Positions 35,689 through 44,568 of a stretch of 64,000 nt of DNA are shown in pieces (position 1 is the stretch's first letter; each line of letters begins with the position of its first letter). The notes beneath the pieces were generated by a model. The model was not told the DNA's origin and made no database searches. It saw only the letters and a list, made by a program, of their open reading frames with translations. The position numbers and the translations under genes are program-made. The stretch comes from Candidatus Raskinella chloraquaticus (GTDB taxonomy: Bacteria > Pseudomonadota > Alphaproteobacteria > Rhizobiales > UBA4765). The stretch lies in the NCBI GenBank assembly GCA_002365175.1, contig DEZK01000012.1, forward strand, positions 3,330 through 67,329, read 5' to 3'.

Positions 35689-38133
35689 CTAGCGCCGCGC
35701 CGCAAAGATGCCGGCGGCGTTGTAAACCCCCGGCCCGCTTGGCGGCGTGCCGGTGATGGTAAATTGTCCGCCCTGTTCAAGCGGTGCGGTGCCAGCCCCG
35801 GTATTGGGGCCGAAGAACGAGCCCTGGAGCGATCCGCTGGCAGGGACAGGACTTCCACTCGTGGCGAAACTGCCGTTGAAATTGGCCCGGTTGGCTGAGT
35901 TCAGCGTACTCGTCCCGGCATAATTGCGCTGGTCGAAGGTGAAGGCGAGACTGCCCGTTCCCTGGCCGAAATTGACGGTATGATTGAAGGTGCCGCCCGC
36001 GACGTAATTGGTGCCCGTATTGGTCACAGGCGCGCTGGTACTGCCTGGTCCGAATTGCACGTTGCCGATGATGTGGCCGTTATAGGTAGCACTGCCGGTC
36101 GTCGGGATAAGCGAGCGATCAGACAATTGTCCGGCGACCCACGTCAGAAGATGTCCGCGCTCCTGATCATTGCCGCCACCAGCATTGTCGCGGACCGCGC
36201 GAGTTGACCAGAAGCCCCATTTGGTGAATTCGCACTGGCAAGGCGTGATGTCGGTCGCGGCGATGACAGCCTGTGCCGCTGCCGGATTGGTGCCGGTGAT
36301 CGTATCCCAGCTGGTCAATCCCGATTGAATGTTTCGATAGGTGCCACTGCCGGTGGAACTGATGTAAGGGGCCGGCGAATCGGTTTGGGGGGCCGTTGTG
36401 TTTGGATCGCGGACCGTGCGATCACGAAGGGCAAAGGTATTTGTGTCGATATAGGTGCTGCGCGCTGCCTGTGTCGTGTTGAGATTGCCAAATTGATAGG
36501 TGCCGTTCACCAACCGAGAGCCAGCCGTACGGCTGGCCAGTTGAATATCGGCCGAGGCGCGCGATGTGCCGCCATCTAAAACGAGCGCAACATCGCTGCC
36601 ATCTCCGTTTCGTCCCGTCACAGTCACAAACTGCGTGGCGATGCGATTGCCCGAGGCATCAAATGTTCCCGTCTCCAGGATTCCGCCCGCATAGCCGGCG
36701 AGCGACAGATTTGGTCGGTTTGCTCCAAGGCTGGCGGGAACCGAGGTCGAAGCAACTGATTGAGTGAAGGTATAATTTTGTCCATTGCCAGGTATGGTAC
36801 CACCGAACTGGGAGGCAACATCGGCAACGGGCTGGTTGGCGCGATTGTAATCGTTTTGATCAATGGTCAAAGATACGGGAATGCGGCTGCCATCGCTCGC
36901 TAATTGCACGCTTCCTGGAACAGACGAGATAGCTGAAACCGCGAAGGCTGCTCGTTGTGTTGCTGATTGCCGCGAAGACGCTTGAATCCCGCCATTATAG
37001 ATCGTTTCCTGTCCTGCCGTGAAGAACGCTTCGGTCACGACCGAGAACACCGAGGTCTGCGCTGCGCCGCGCCCGGTGATGCCAAAGCCGACCTGCAGGG
37101 TGCGGATGGTTTCGCTGGAGGCTAAATTGTCAGCACCGCCAACTCTGTAACCAAGAAGGGGCGTGGTGGTAACTTGCGTTGGGCCGACAAAAAGCGCGGT
37201 CAGATAAGGGACAGAGGACCCAGCTCCCGCACTCACACTGTAGGCGAGGGCGCGCGGGGCAAGAGAAGCTTGGATGTTTTGAACAAGTGGCGCTGCTGCT
37301 GTCGTCGTCGATGTTACCTGCGTTGACTGGCGGGTGTCGGTGACGCTTTGATTGGTGGAGCCGGTTTGCTGCGCCACCTGATTGGTCGATTGTGTCGTCG
37401 ACAGCACCACATTTGACTGCGAGCGATCGCCTGCCAGCTGCGTGTTGGCTGTGGTGTCGCTGGGGGGCGTGGCGCTGCCGCCTGTTTGTCCTGACTGGCT
37501 CGTCGTCTGGCCGGTTGCGGTTGCCAGCACCTGCGGGGGGGTGCGTGTTGGCTGCGAGGGCGACTGGCCCTGGCCAACGGTTGTCGTATAGCCCTGCACC
37601 ATCGTCACCGTGCCGCCGGCAAGGCCGGTGACGGTCGCAGAGCCAACGATGCTGGACGTGGTCTGCGTCTGGCTCTGCGGGTTGAACGACGTGGTGGCGA
37701 CCGCCCCGCGCAGGCCGATGGTGGCGACCGGTGTCTTGATTTCGGCATTGCCATTATGGCTGATCTGCCCGCCGACGAAGCGCAGCGCCCCCTTGGCAAG
37801 GCCGATGCTCATTTTGCCGTCGCGCTTTGCTGGATCATAGACGTATTCATTGATCACAACATCGCTGTTGGGGCCGATATTGAGCGTCGATTTATCAAGA
37901 AACACCAGCTGCAGCGAGCCTGCGCCTGAGGTGACAAAGCGCTCCTTGAAGATGACCTGACTGCCTAGCGTCACCTGTTTTGTCCCACCGCCCGGCGGCG
38001 TGCTTTGGGTGAGCGGATTGACCGCGCCGGTGGTGCCGACATTCTGTGCCAACCCGTTGCTGGCAAGCGCACACACGCTCGCCCCCATCAGGAGAACGGC
38101 GTGACGGGTTTTAATCATGGATGAGCTTGCCAT
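35689..38133 (-). CDS. Secreted FecR-domain protein with a T/S/Q-rich linker and a C-terminal TbpB-type (Slam-cargo-like) beta-barrel domain
   Basis: The ATG at 38133 has GGGGAAAG upstream. The signal peptide MASSSMIKTRHAVLLMGASVCALASNGLAQ has no canonical lipobox. The FecR region reads GSQVIFKERFVTSGAGSLQLVFLDKSTLNIGPNSDVVI. The C-terminus reads GSATYNGHIIGNV...FNHTVNFGQGTGSLAF...FNGSF...LQGSFFGPNTGAGTAPLEQGGQFTI...AAGIFAARR. Confidence 0.8.
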   Translation of the reverse strand: MASSSMIKTRHAVLLMGASVCALASNGLAQNVGTTGAVNPLTQSTPPGGGTKQVTLGSQVIFKERFVTSGAGSLQLVFLDKSTLNIGPNSDVVINEYVYDPAKRDGKMSIGLAKGALRFVGGQISHNGNAEIKTPVATIGLRGAVATTSFNPQSQTQTTSSIVGSATVTGLAGGTVTMVQGYTTTVGQGQSPSQPTRTPPQVLATATGQTTSQSGQTGGSATPPSDTTANTQLAGDRSQSNVVLSTTQSTNQVAQQTGSTNQSVTDTRQSTQVTSTTTAAAPLVQNIQASLAPRALAYSVSAGAGSSVPYLTALFVGPTQVTTTPLLGYRVGGADNLASSETIRTLQVGFGITGRGAAQTSVFSVVTEAFFTAGQETIYNGGIQASSRQSATQRAAFAVSAISSVPGSVQLASDGSRIPVSLTIDQNDYNRANQPVADVASQFGGTIPGNGQNYTFTQSVASTSVPASLGANRPNLSLAGYAGGILETGTFDASGNRIATQFVTVTGRNGDGSDVALVLDGGTSRASADIQLASRTAGSRLVNGTYQFGNLNTTQAARSTYIDTNTFALRDRTVRDPNTTAPQTDSPAPYISSTGSGTYRNIQSGLTSWDTITGTNPAAAQAVIAATDITPCQCEFTKWGFWSTRAVRDNAGGGNDQERGHLLTWVAGQLSDRSLIPTTGSATYNGHIIGNVQFGPGSTSAPVTNTGTNYVAGGTFNHTVNFGQGTGSLAFTFDQRNYAGTSTLNSANRANFNGSFATSGSPVPASGSLQGSFFGPNTGAGTAPLEQGGQFTITGTPPSGPGVYNAAGIFAARR

Positions 38134-38144
38134 CGTCTTTCCCC

Positions 38145-39525
38145 TCAGAACCGTAACGTCGGACCGACCACCACCGTCCAATTGTGGTAGCGGAAATTGG
38201 GCAGGGTGGAGGCGTTGTTCTGCAACAAGACCTGAGCCGCAAACCCGAGATTTTCAGTAAGCGGCGCATCAAGCGACAGACCGACGCGGAATTCGCGATC
38301 CCGACGGTTGGTCGCCGGATCAATCAGCTGGTTGGGCAGCCCGTATCGTGTCCAGATCTGGCCGACAGTCGGTGTCAATGTCCAGCGCAAGGGGGCATCA
38401 ATAAACGGCGCGCGGAACTCCCACTGAATGCCGATATCATAGGATTGCTGGACAAAAGCATTATAGGCAAAGAGCGAATTCGTCGCGTTATCGGCATAAG
38501 CGATACGACCAAACACCCTGAGCCCGTCGACGACCGGAACGAGAGCCGATAGCGACCCCGTCGACAGCACGCCCGTCTGCTCTCCAGCGACCGGGAATTT
38601 GTTTGAATTCTCAAAGGCGCGACGCCGCGAATCACCCACCGCTTCGAAGCTCACCCAGGGCGTCGGGATGGTGATGGCCGCGCCATAGCCGGTCGCCGTC
38701 TGGTAGCCCGTGCGGCCGAGACTTGTCACATTCACCAGCCCATAGGGGCGCACCGTCACACCGGGAAAAACATCGGGTGCCACATTGATGCGTGGCCCGG
38801 AGGTAATCTCAACCAGACCGATATCGAATTCAGGGTTGCGGTTCTGGCGTGAGATATAGCCCGACACTGTCGTCTCGAGCGTGTCGCCGCGCCCGTTCTC
38901 GATGGTCTGGACATGGCGCACGCCACCGAGGAAAAAACTGTTCCAGTCATTGCGCCGGCCGAATTGCTGATTGAGCACGGCATCAAAGCCAAGCGCTCTG
39001 ACGTTCAGCGATGATGGCCCGGCATTGACGTTGGACTGATAGCGCGCGCCAGACTGGAAATAGCCTGAAAACTGGCTGGGATTATCGCGACGATCGATCT
39101 CCTGGATGAAGGCCTGGGCGCGCGCGCACTTCTTCCGGCACGCCCTCGCCCTCGACCGCGCTGGTGAAGTAGACGCGTGCCTGGCCGTAGGCTTTGAGCT
39201 TGTAATAAAGAACGCCGAGTTCGAGCCGCACGCGCGACAATTTCGGATTGTAGAAGAGCAGGCGTTCAAGCGCGCCAATCGCCGCTTCGTCCTCGTCAAG
39301 CGCGGCGGCCACCTGGGCAAACCTGAACGACGCGTCAAGATCCGACGGGTTTTTCAGCGTGATCAGAAAGAGTTGTTCGTATTGCTCGCGCGATGGCGGG
39401 GCCGTGGCCGTTTGCGCCTGCGCAGAGGATATCGTGGCAACAACGGCGCACAGGCCGGCCACAAGCCAGTTTCGGTGACCGAACCGGCGCCGTCCCCCAC
39501 CCTGCCTGAAATTTGCAATCACCAT
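38145..39525 (-). pseudogene. Slam-like (surface lipoprotein assembly modifier, DUF560-type) outer-membrane protein with a signal peptide, TPR region and beta-barrel, interrupted by a frameshift at a (GC)5 tract
   Basis: The N-terminal frame (track ORF 39082..39621) gives MVIANFRQGGGRRRFGHRNWLVAGLCAVVATISSAQA plus TPR-like helices and stops just after ...VPEEVRAR. The barrel continues in the +1 frame (track ORF 38145..39338) as AQAFIQEIDRRDNPSQFSGYFQSGARYQSN... and ends ...VVVGPTLRF (terminal aromatic). The junction is at 39116-39127. Confidence 0.7.
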
Positions 39526-40116
39526 GACCACCAAAACTCCGGATGAAGCGGATCGACACATTTCAAAACTCTTCGAAACCGTCTCGGCCTGCAAAAAAGA
39601 CCGCAATGGATCGGATCGCATACAAATTTCGTAAATCCATACTCCAATCCGGGGAAATTGCCTCGTTTCTTACGAAATTGTAAACGCCCGGGCAGGCGCG
39701 GAAAAACTGCTGAAATCGTCGTCAACGTCGAAGTGATGAAAAGTTTGAAGAATTTATAACAACTTACGAGCGTAAATTGAGCGCGCAAGAAATGCCACAC
39801 CTATGACGTAACGGAAGATTTGTGCGAATTGTTGCAAAATAAGCACAATGAATCGAGCCTTCGGCGCAACAAAAAGGGCGGCAAATCGCGACCGGAGCCC
39901 GGCTGTTTGGTCAGCCTGGCCGTATCTCAAGCGGCGTGTTGCTTGACAGCGACACCGGCATACCGTGAAGGCGCTAAAGCGCATATTGCTCTTGCGTTGC
40001 CGGCGCGATCTACTAAAAGTGCTTTTTCATGAGCAAAGGATCAGCCGGATCACCGCATTTGGTTTGTCGTCGTGCCAAGGTTCAGGGCCAAAGTTCAGGA
40101 TAGAGATACGCAACCA

Positions 40117-40722
40117 ATGAAAAAGACAGCCTTTGCGGTTCTGTTGATGTGCCAGCTGATGGTCTTTGGGCGCCCAGTTCATGCAGCCGACCTTCTGAAC
40201 ACCACGCCTGCGCCGCCACCGGCGGCGCCAGTCGCGCTATCGCCCTTTTCCGGCTTCGAGGCCCGCTTCGGCGGTATCGCGCATTCCCTGCTGCACCGCG
40301 CCGAGCAGAGCGCCGACATCAATCTCGAAATCCTCAGCCCGCGCTACGGAAACGCTTCCGGCAATCCCTTTCTTGATTTTGTCATTCGCCCGCGCCTCGT
40401 CGCCGGTGGCAACATCAACCTCGACCGTTTCCGCAATCAGGCTTATGCCGGTCTCGTCTGGACCTTCGACTTCAATGATCGTTTTGCCTTTGAACTGGGC
40501 TGGAACGCTCTCGTCCATGACGGGCCGAACAATCCCGGGGTCGGATCAAACCAGCTTGCCCTGGGTTGCAGTCTCCTTTTTCGTGAATCCTTCGCCTTCA
40601 CCTACAAATTTGCCGATAACTGGAAAGTTGTCGCCTCCTTCGATCACGGTTCGAATGCAGGATTCTGCCGGCGCAATGTCGGCATCAACAATGCCGGCGT
40701 AAAGATCGGCTATACGTTCTAG
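40117..40722 (+). CDS. Acyloxyacyl hydrolase / lipid A 3-O-deacylase (PagL-like) outer-membrane protein
   Basis: Signal peptide MKKTAFAVLLMCQLMVFGRPVHA, catalytic-type FDHGSNAG (HxSN) and C-terminal ...GVKIGYTF. Confidence 0.7.
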   Translation: MKKTAFAVLLMCQLMVFGRPVHAADLLNTTPAPPPAAPVALSPFSGFEARFGGIAHSLLHRAEQSADINLEILSPRYGNASGNPFLDFVIRPRLVAGGNINLDRFRNQAYAGLVWTFDFNDRFAFELGWNALVHDGPNNPGVGSNQLALGCSLLFRESFAFTYKFADNWKVVASFDHGSNAGFCRRNVGINNAGVKIGYTF

Positions 40723-40779
40723 TTTTTGCCATGGCGGCTGAGGTCGGTGATCGGACGCCAGGCCTCGCGATTGCTTCCG

Positions 40780-41133
40780 TCAGGGGGCCATGGTGAGTGC
40801 GAGATTATCGCTGTAGGTATTCACAAGCAGTGTGAACGGGTCGCCTGATCGCAACAAATCGACCTTGAGGCGATTCCAGATAACCTGGTCGCGGATAAGC
40901 CGCGCCACCTCGCGCCCCGGGTCGGTCATGTGCCTGACACGCCACGAGCGATTGCCATCCCAGTCAGAATGCAAAACGATATCGATGGCACCGGCAGCGT
41001 CAAGCTGATGGATGGCGGTGGTTGCGGCAGGTGTATCGAATAACGGGGGCGTTGTTGCCAGCGCCGAGGATCCGAGCTGGTCGGCCTCGGCAATCGCCAA
41101 CAGCGTCAGGCGCGTCATATCCATCTGGTGCAT
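40780..41133 (-). CDS. Hypothetical protein with no recognisable family
   Basis: The roughly 117-aa ORF (MHQMDMTRLTLLAIAEADQLGSS...) has host-like codon usage. The start is ambiguous (GTG 41139, or ATG 41133, 41124 or 41118). Confidence 0.4.
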   Translation of the reverse strand: MHQMDMTRLTLLAIAEADQLGSSALATTPPLFDTPAATTAIHQLDAAGAIDIVLHSDWDGNRSWRVRHMTDPGREVARLIRDQVIWNRLKVDLLRSGDPFTLLVNTYSDNLALTMAP

Positions 41134-41327
41134 TGACACAAGGTATCCTTCCTTGCGGAAAAGCGCAGGTTGAAGCCCTGGTTAAACCAGCTGCGCCCTA
41201 AAGCTGATCTAACCCGTTCATTCAAATGCGTTGCAATCGCCACTTTCCAGCGCTGGCGTGGTTGTTCGCTGGCGCCGCTTCGGCTAAAGCGCGTGCTTCC
41301 TTATACCTTTGAGGGCATCCTGCAGCG

Positions 41328-43085
41328 ATGACGCCGACAGCCGCCGACAAAGCCTCACCCACTGCGCCCCTGCGCCGGCTTTGGCATGGCTGGCTGAAAC
41401 CCTATTCCGGGTGGATTGCTCTCAACCTGGTGGCCATTGCCGGTGTCGCCGCCAGCACGTCGGGTTATCCGCTGCTGATCAACTGGGCCTTCGAGCGCGT
41501 CGCCGTGGCTGATGCGTCAGCCCTCCTCTTCACGCCGCTCTGGGTGATCATGCTGACGAGCGGCAAGGGCATCAGCCTCTACGCCCACAACGCGCTCACC
41601 AACCTCGTTGCATCCCGCGTTGTCCGTGACCTGCAGATCGCCATGTTCGGGCATCTCATCCGCGCTGACCTGCTTGATCTGCGCCACGAGGGGACGAACG
41701 CCCTGACCCAGCGCTTCTCGACCGACCTCGTCTTTGTGCAGAATGCCGTCAGCCGCACCATCACCAGCCTCGTTCGCGACGTGCTGATGATCATCGGGCT
41801 CGTTGGCGCCATGTTCTGGCTCGATTGGCAATTATCTCTTGTCGGCCTGCTCATCCTGCCGATTGCCGCCTGGCCTGTCGCGGAAATCGGCCGGCGTTTG
41901 CGCCGCACCGCGCGGCGTACCCAGGAACGCATGGGCGAGATGGCCGGGATCATCGGCGAAAGCCTGTCCGGCGCCCGCATGGTGAAAACCTACCAGCTGG
42001 AGGATTATGTCGATCATCGTGCCCGCGATTCCTTCGAGGCTCTGCATCATTTGCGCGTGAGCGCCGCCAATCAGTTTGGACGCGTCGAGCCCATACTTGA
42101 GGCGCTGGGCGGCTTTGCGGTGGCGGGCATCCTCATTCTCATCGGCTGGCGTCTGTCGTCAGGCGGATCGACGATCGGACAATTCACCGGGTTTGTCTCT
42201 GCCTTGCTGATCGCTGCCCAGCCCATGCGCTCCTTGGGGTCGATCAACGCCGTTTTGCAGGAAGGCAGTGCCGCGCTTGACCGTATTTTCCAGCTCATTG
42301 ATCGCCCGCCAGCCATCACCGACGCGCCAGGCGCCCGACCGTTGGCGATCAGCGACGGACGCCTCGTTTTCTCCGCCGTCTCGCATCGCTTCGCCGATAA
42401 CACGCAGGCACTCGATGATGTGTCGTTTGCGGTTCCAGGCGGCACCACGCTTGCCCTCGTCGGTCGGTCGGGCGCGGGCAAATCAACGATCTTCAATCTT
42501 ATTCCCCGCCTTTATGATGCAAGCGCCGGCTCGATCACCATCGACGGACAGGCTGTCATGGCGGTAACCCTTGCCTCCCTGCGCTCGCAGATTGCGCTGG
42601 TGAGCCAGGACGCGGTGATTTTCGACGATACCATCGCCGCCAACATCGCATTCGGCAGACCGGGCGCGGCGATGGCGGATATCGAAGCGGCCGCACGGGC
42701 CGCGGCAGCCCATGATTTCATCATGGCATCATCGCAAGGGTATCAGACACCGCTCGGCGAGGGCGGCGCCCGATTGTCAGGCGGCGAGCGTCAGCGGCTG
42801 GCGCTGGCCCGTGCCATTCTCAAGGACGCGCCGATCCTGCTTCTCGATGAAGCGACATCAGCGCTTGACGCGGCGTCCGAGCAATTGGTGCAGGATGCCT
42901 TGAAGAAACTGACCGCCGGGCGCACGACGCTCATTATTGCCCATCGTCTGGCAACGATACGTGATGCTGATGCCATCGTCGTGCTTGATGAGGGCAGGGT
43001 GGTTGAAAGCGGCACGCATGAGACGCTGCTTGCCGCCGATGGCGCTTACGCGGCGTTCCATCGCCTGCAGTTTCGCATCGACTGA
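41328..43085 (+). CDS. ABC transporter permease/ATPase fusion, MsbA-like lipid exporter
   Basis: The 585-aa product has six N-terminal TM helices. Walker A is GRSGAGKST, signature LSGGERQRLALARAI, Walker B LLLDEATSALD, H-loop TLIIAHRL. Confidence 0.88.
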   Translation: MTPTAADKASPTAPLRRLWHGWLKPYSGWIALNLVAIAGVAASTSGYPLLINWAFERVAVADASALLFTPLWVIMLTSGKGISLYAHNALTNLVASRVVRDLQIAMFGHLIRADLLDLRHEGTNALTQRFSTDLVFVQNAVSRTITSLVRDVLMIIGLVGAMFWLDWQLSLVGLLILPIAAWPVAEIGRRLRRTARRTQERMGEMAGIIGESLSGARMVKTYQLEDYVDHRARDSFEALHHLRVSAANQFGRVEPILEALGGFAVAGILILIGWRLSSGGSTIGQFTGFVSALLIAAQPMRSLGSINAVLQEGSAALDRIFQLIDRPPAITDAPGARPLAISDGRLVFSAVSHRFADNTQALDDVSFAVPGGTTLALVGRSGAGKSTIFNLIPRLYDASAGSITIDGQAVMAVTLASLRSQIALVSQDAVIFDDTIAANIAFGRPGAAMADIEAAARAAAAHDFIMASSQGYQTPLGEGGARLSGGERQRLALARAILKDAPILLLDEATSALDAASEQLVQDALKKLTAGRTTLIIAHRLATIRDADAIVVLDEGRVVESGTHETLLAADGAYAAFHRLQFRID

Positions 43086-43088
43086 CGC

Positions 43089-43811
43089 CTATTCACGCCG
43101 CAGGATCTTGTCGACGATGAAGCTGCCGATGGCGGCTGGCTTGAAGGAGGCCTTCAACGCCTTCTGATCATAGACGGTGTCAACCCAGTGCATGAAGTCC
43201 ATCGGTTGCTCGTGCGTGTCGCTGAGATAGCGCGCGAAGAACGCATCGAGCACACCTGTCGGCCCGGCCTTCATATGGCCGTTTCCTGATAATTGGCGCG
43301 CTGCGGCTGCGACCGGTACTCCCTCGCGCAGGATCAGATAAAGCGCCGAGGCGATACCGGCACGATCCGCCCCCGATTTACAATGGAAGAGGGCGGGATA
43401 GGTAATCCGCTCGATGATCGCTTTGAAGGCATGAATCTGTTCGCGGGTCGGCGGGTCGCGCGACCATAGAATGCAGTTCTCGAGGCTGATGCCCCGCCGC
43501 TCGCAGGCCTCCCGCTCAAGCGCGTAGGAGCCAAATTCAGTCGCTCCCCGCAAATTGACGATCGTTCGTATGCCATAGCGCCATTTGAGATAGGCTATCT
43601 GCACGGGGTTGGGCTGCGGACCGCGGACAACCTTGTCGCCTACTTTGGCGACATTCCAGTAGACGGGCCGGATGAAGCCATGATCAGCGAATGTCAGGCT
43701 GAGCCAGGCGCGGATACGCCGCCCCGGGCTGTCGATGGGCTGCGCCCAACGTTGCCGTGCCGCTTCCACGCGGGTGAGGGGCGGTGAGATCTGGCGGTCA
43801 GGCGCGTTCAA
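43089..43811 (-). CDS. Cys-based protein tyrosine/dual-specificity phosphatase family protein
   Basis: The CX5R active site is HCKSGADRAG. The start is TTG, with no in-frame ATG near the 5' end. Confidence 0.75.
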   Translation of the reverse strand: MNAPDRQISPPLTRVEAARQRWAQPIDSPGRRIRAWLSLTFADHGFIRPVYWNVAKVGDKVVRGPQPNPVQIAYLKWRYGIRTIVNLRGATEFGSYALEREACERRGISLENCILWSRDPPTREQIHAFKAIIERITYPALFHCKSGADRAGIASALYLILREGVPVAAAARQLSGNGHMKAGPTGVLDAFFARYLSDTHEQPMDFMHWVDTVYDQKALKASFKPAAIGSFIVDKILRRE

Positions 43812-43901
43812 GCAAAAATCCCGTTCAGCCCCGGCAAGACGGCGGGACTGATTAGAGGTCTATCGCCGCCAAGGCAACCGCGCCGTGGCGGCCGCGTTGT
43901 C

Positions 43902-44477
43902 TCAATCACGCACCATCGTCATATATTCCTTGTTCGGGCGCATGTCGCTTGCGCTTGCCAAACGGTTGGTCATGTTGAAGAAACCGGCGACGGCAGACAT
44001 ATCCCAGATATCCCGATCGCTGAAGCCGGCAGCGCGAAGCGCTTGGCGATCCGCTTCCTCGATCAACTCGGGTGATTTGCTGAGCTTCCACGCGAAATCG
44101 AGCATGGCACGCTGGCGCGGCTCAAGGTCGGCGGCGCGATAATTCATCACCAGCTGTTCGCCGAGCGCCGGTGATTTGGCCAGCCGCCGCACTGCAGCCC
44201 CGTGCGCCGTCAGGCAGTAATAGCAATGATTGGCACTTGATACGACGACCGCGATCATTTCGCGCTCCAGCTTGCTGAGGCCCGATGGGCCGATCATCAG
44301 CTCGTCGTGGAAAGCGACAAAATTTTTCAGCTTTTGCAGATCGAAGGCATAGGCCTGCAGAACATTGGGAATGAAGCCCAGTTTCTCCTGGCACTTGGCG
44401 AAATAACCCTCCATGTCGGCATCCAGCGCCGCCTGGCCGCCAAGTTCAAGGGCAATTACATCCTGCGAATCCGTCAT
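43902..44477 (-). CDS. Carboxymuconolactone decarboxylase / AhpD-like peroxidase-related protein
   Basis: The ATG at 44477 follows GGGGAGAGGAAG. MTDSQDV...EREMIAVVVSSANHCYYCLTAHG contains the CxxC of the AhpD-like family. Confidence 0.8.
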   Translation of the reverse strand: MTDSQDVIALELGGQAALDADMEGYFAKCQEKLGFIPNVLQAYAFDLQKLKNFVAFHDELMIGPSGLSKLEREMIAVVVSSANHCYYCLTAHGAAVRRLAKSPALGEQLVMNYRAADLEPRQRAMLDFAWKLSKSPELIEEADRQALRAAGFSDRDIWDMSAVAGFFNMTNRLASASDMRPNKEYMTMVRD

Positions 44478-44568
44478 CTTCCTCTCCCCGCTGCCGTCTT
44501 TCTCGGCTAGAGCTAGCAGAAGGCCGCCATTTGTCGAAGCGAGCACGGCCATATCAGGGGAGGCTCCC

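Noticed and set aside
38145-39621. Treating track ORFs 39082..39621 and 38145..39338 as two separate overlapping genes
   Set aside because: The first has only a signal peptide plus TPR helices, and the second has only a barrel with a nonsense Arg/Cys-rich N-terminus. Together they reconstitute one Slam-type architecture across a one-nucleotide frame change, so they are reported as a single frameshifted gene.
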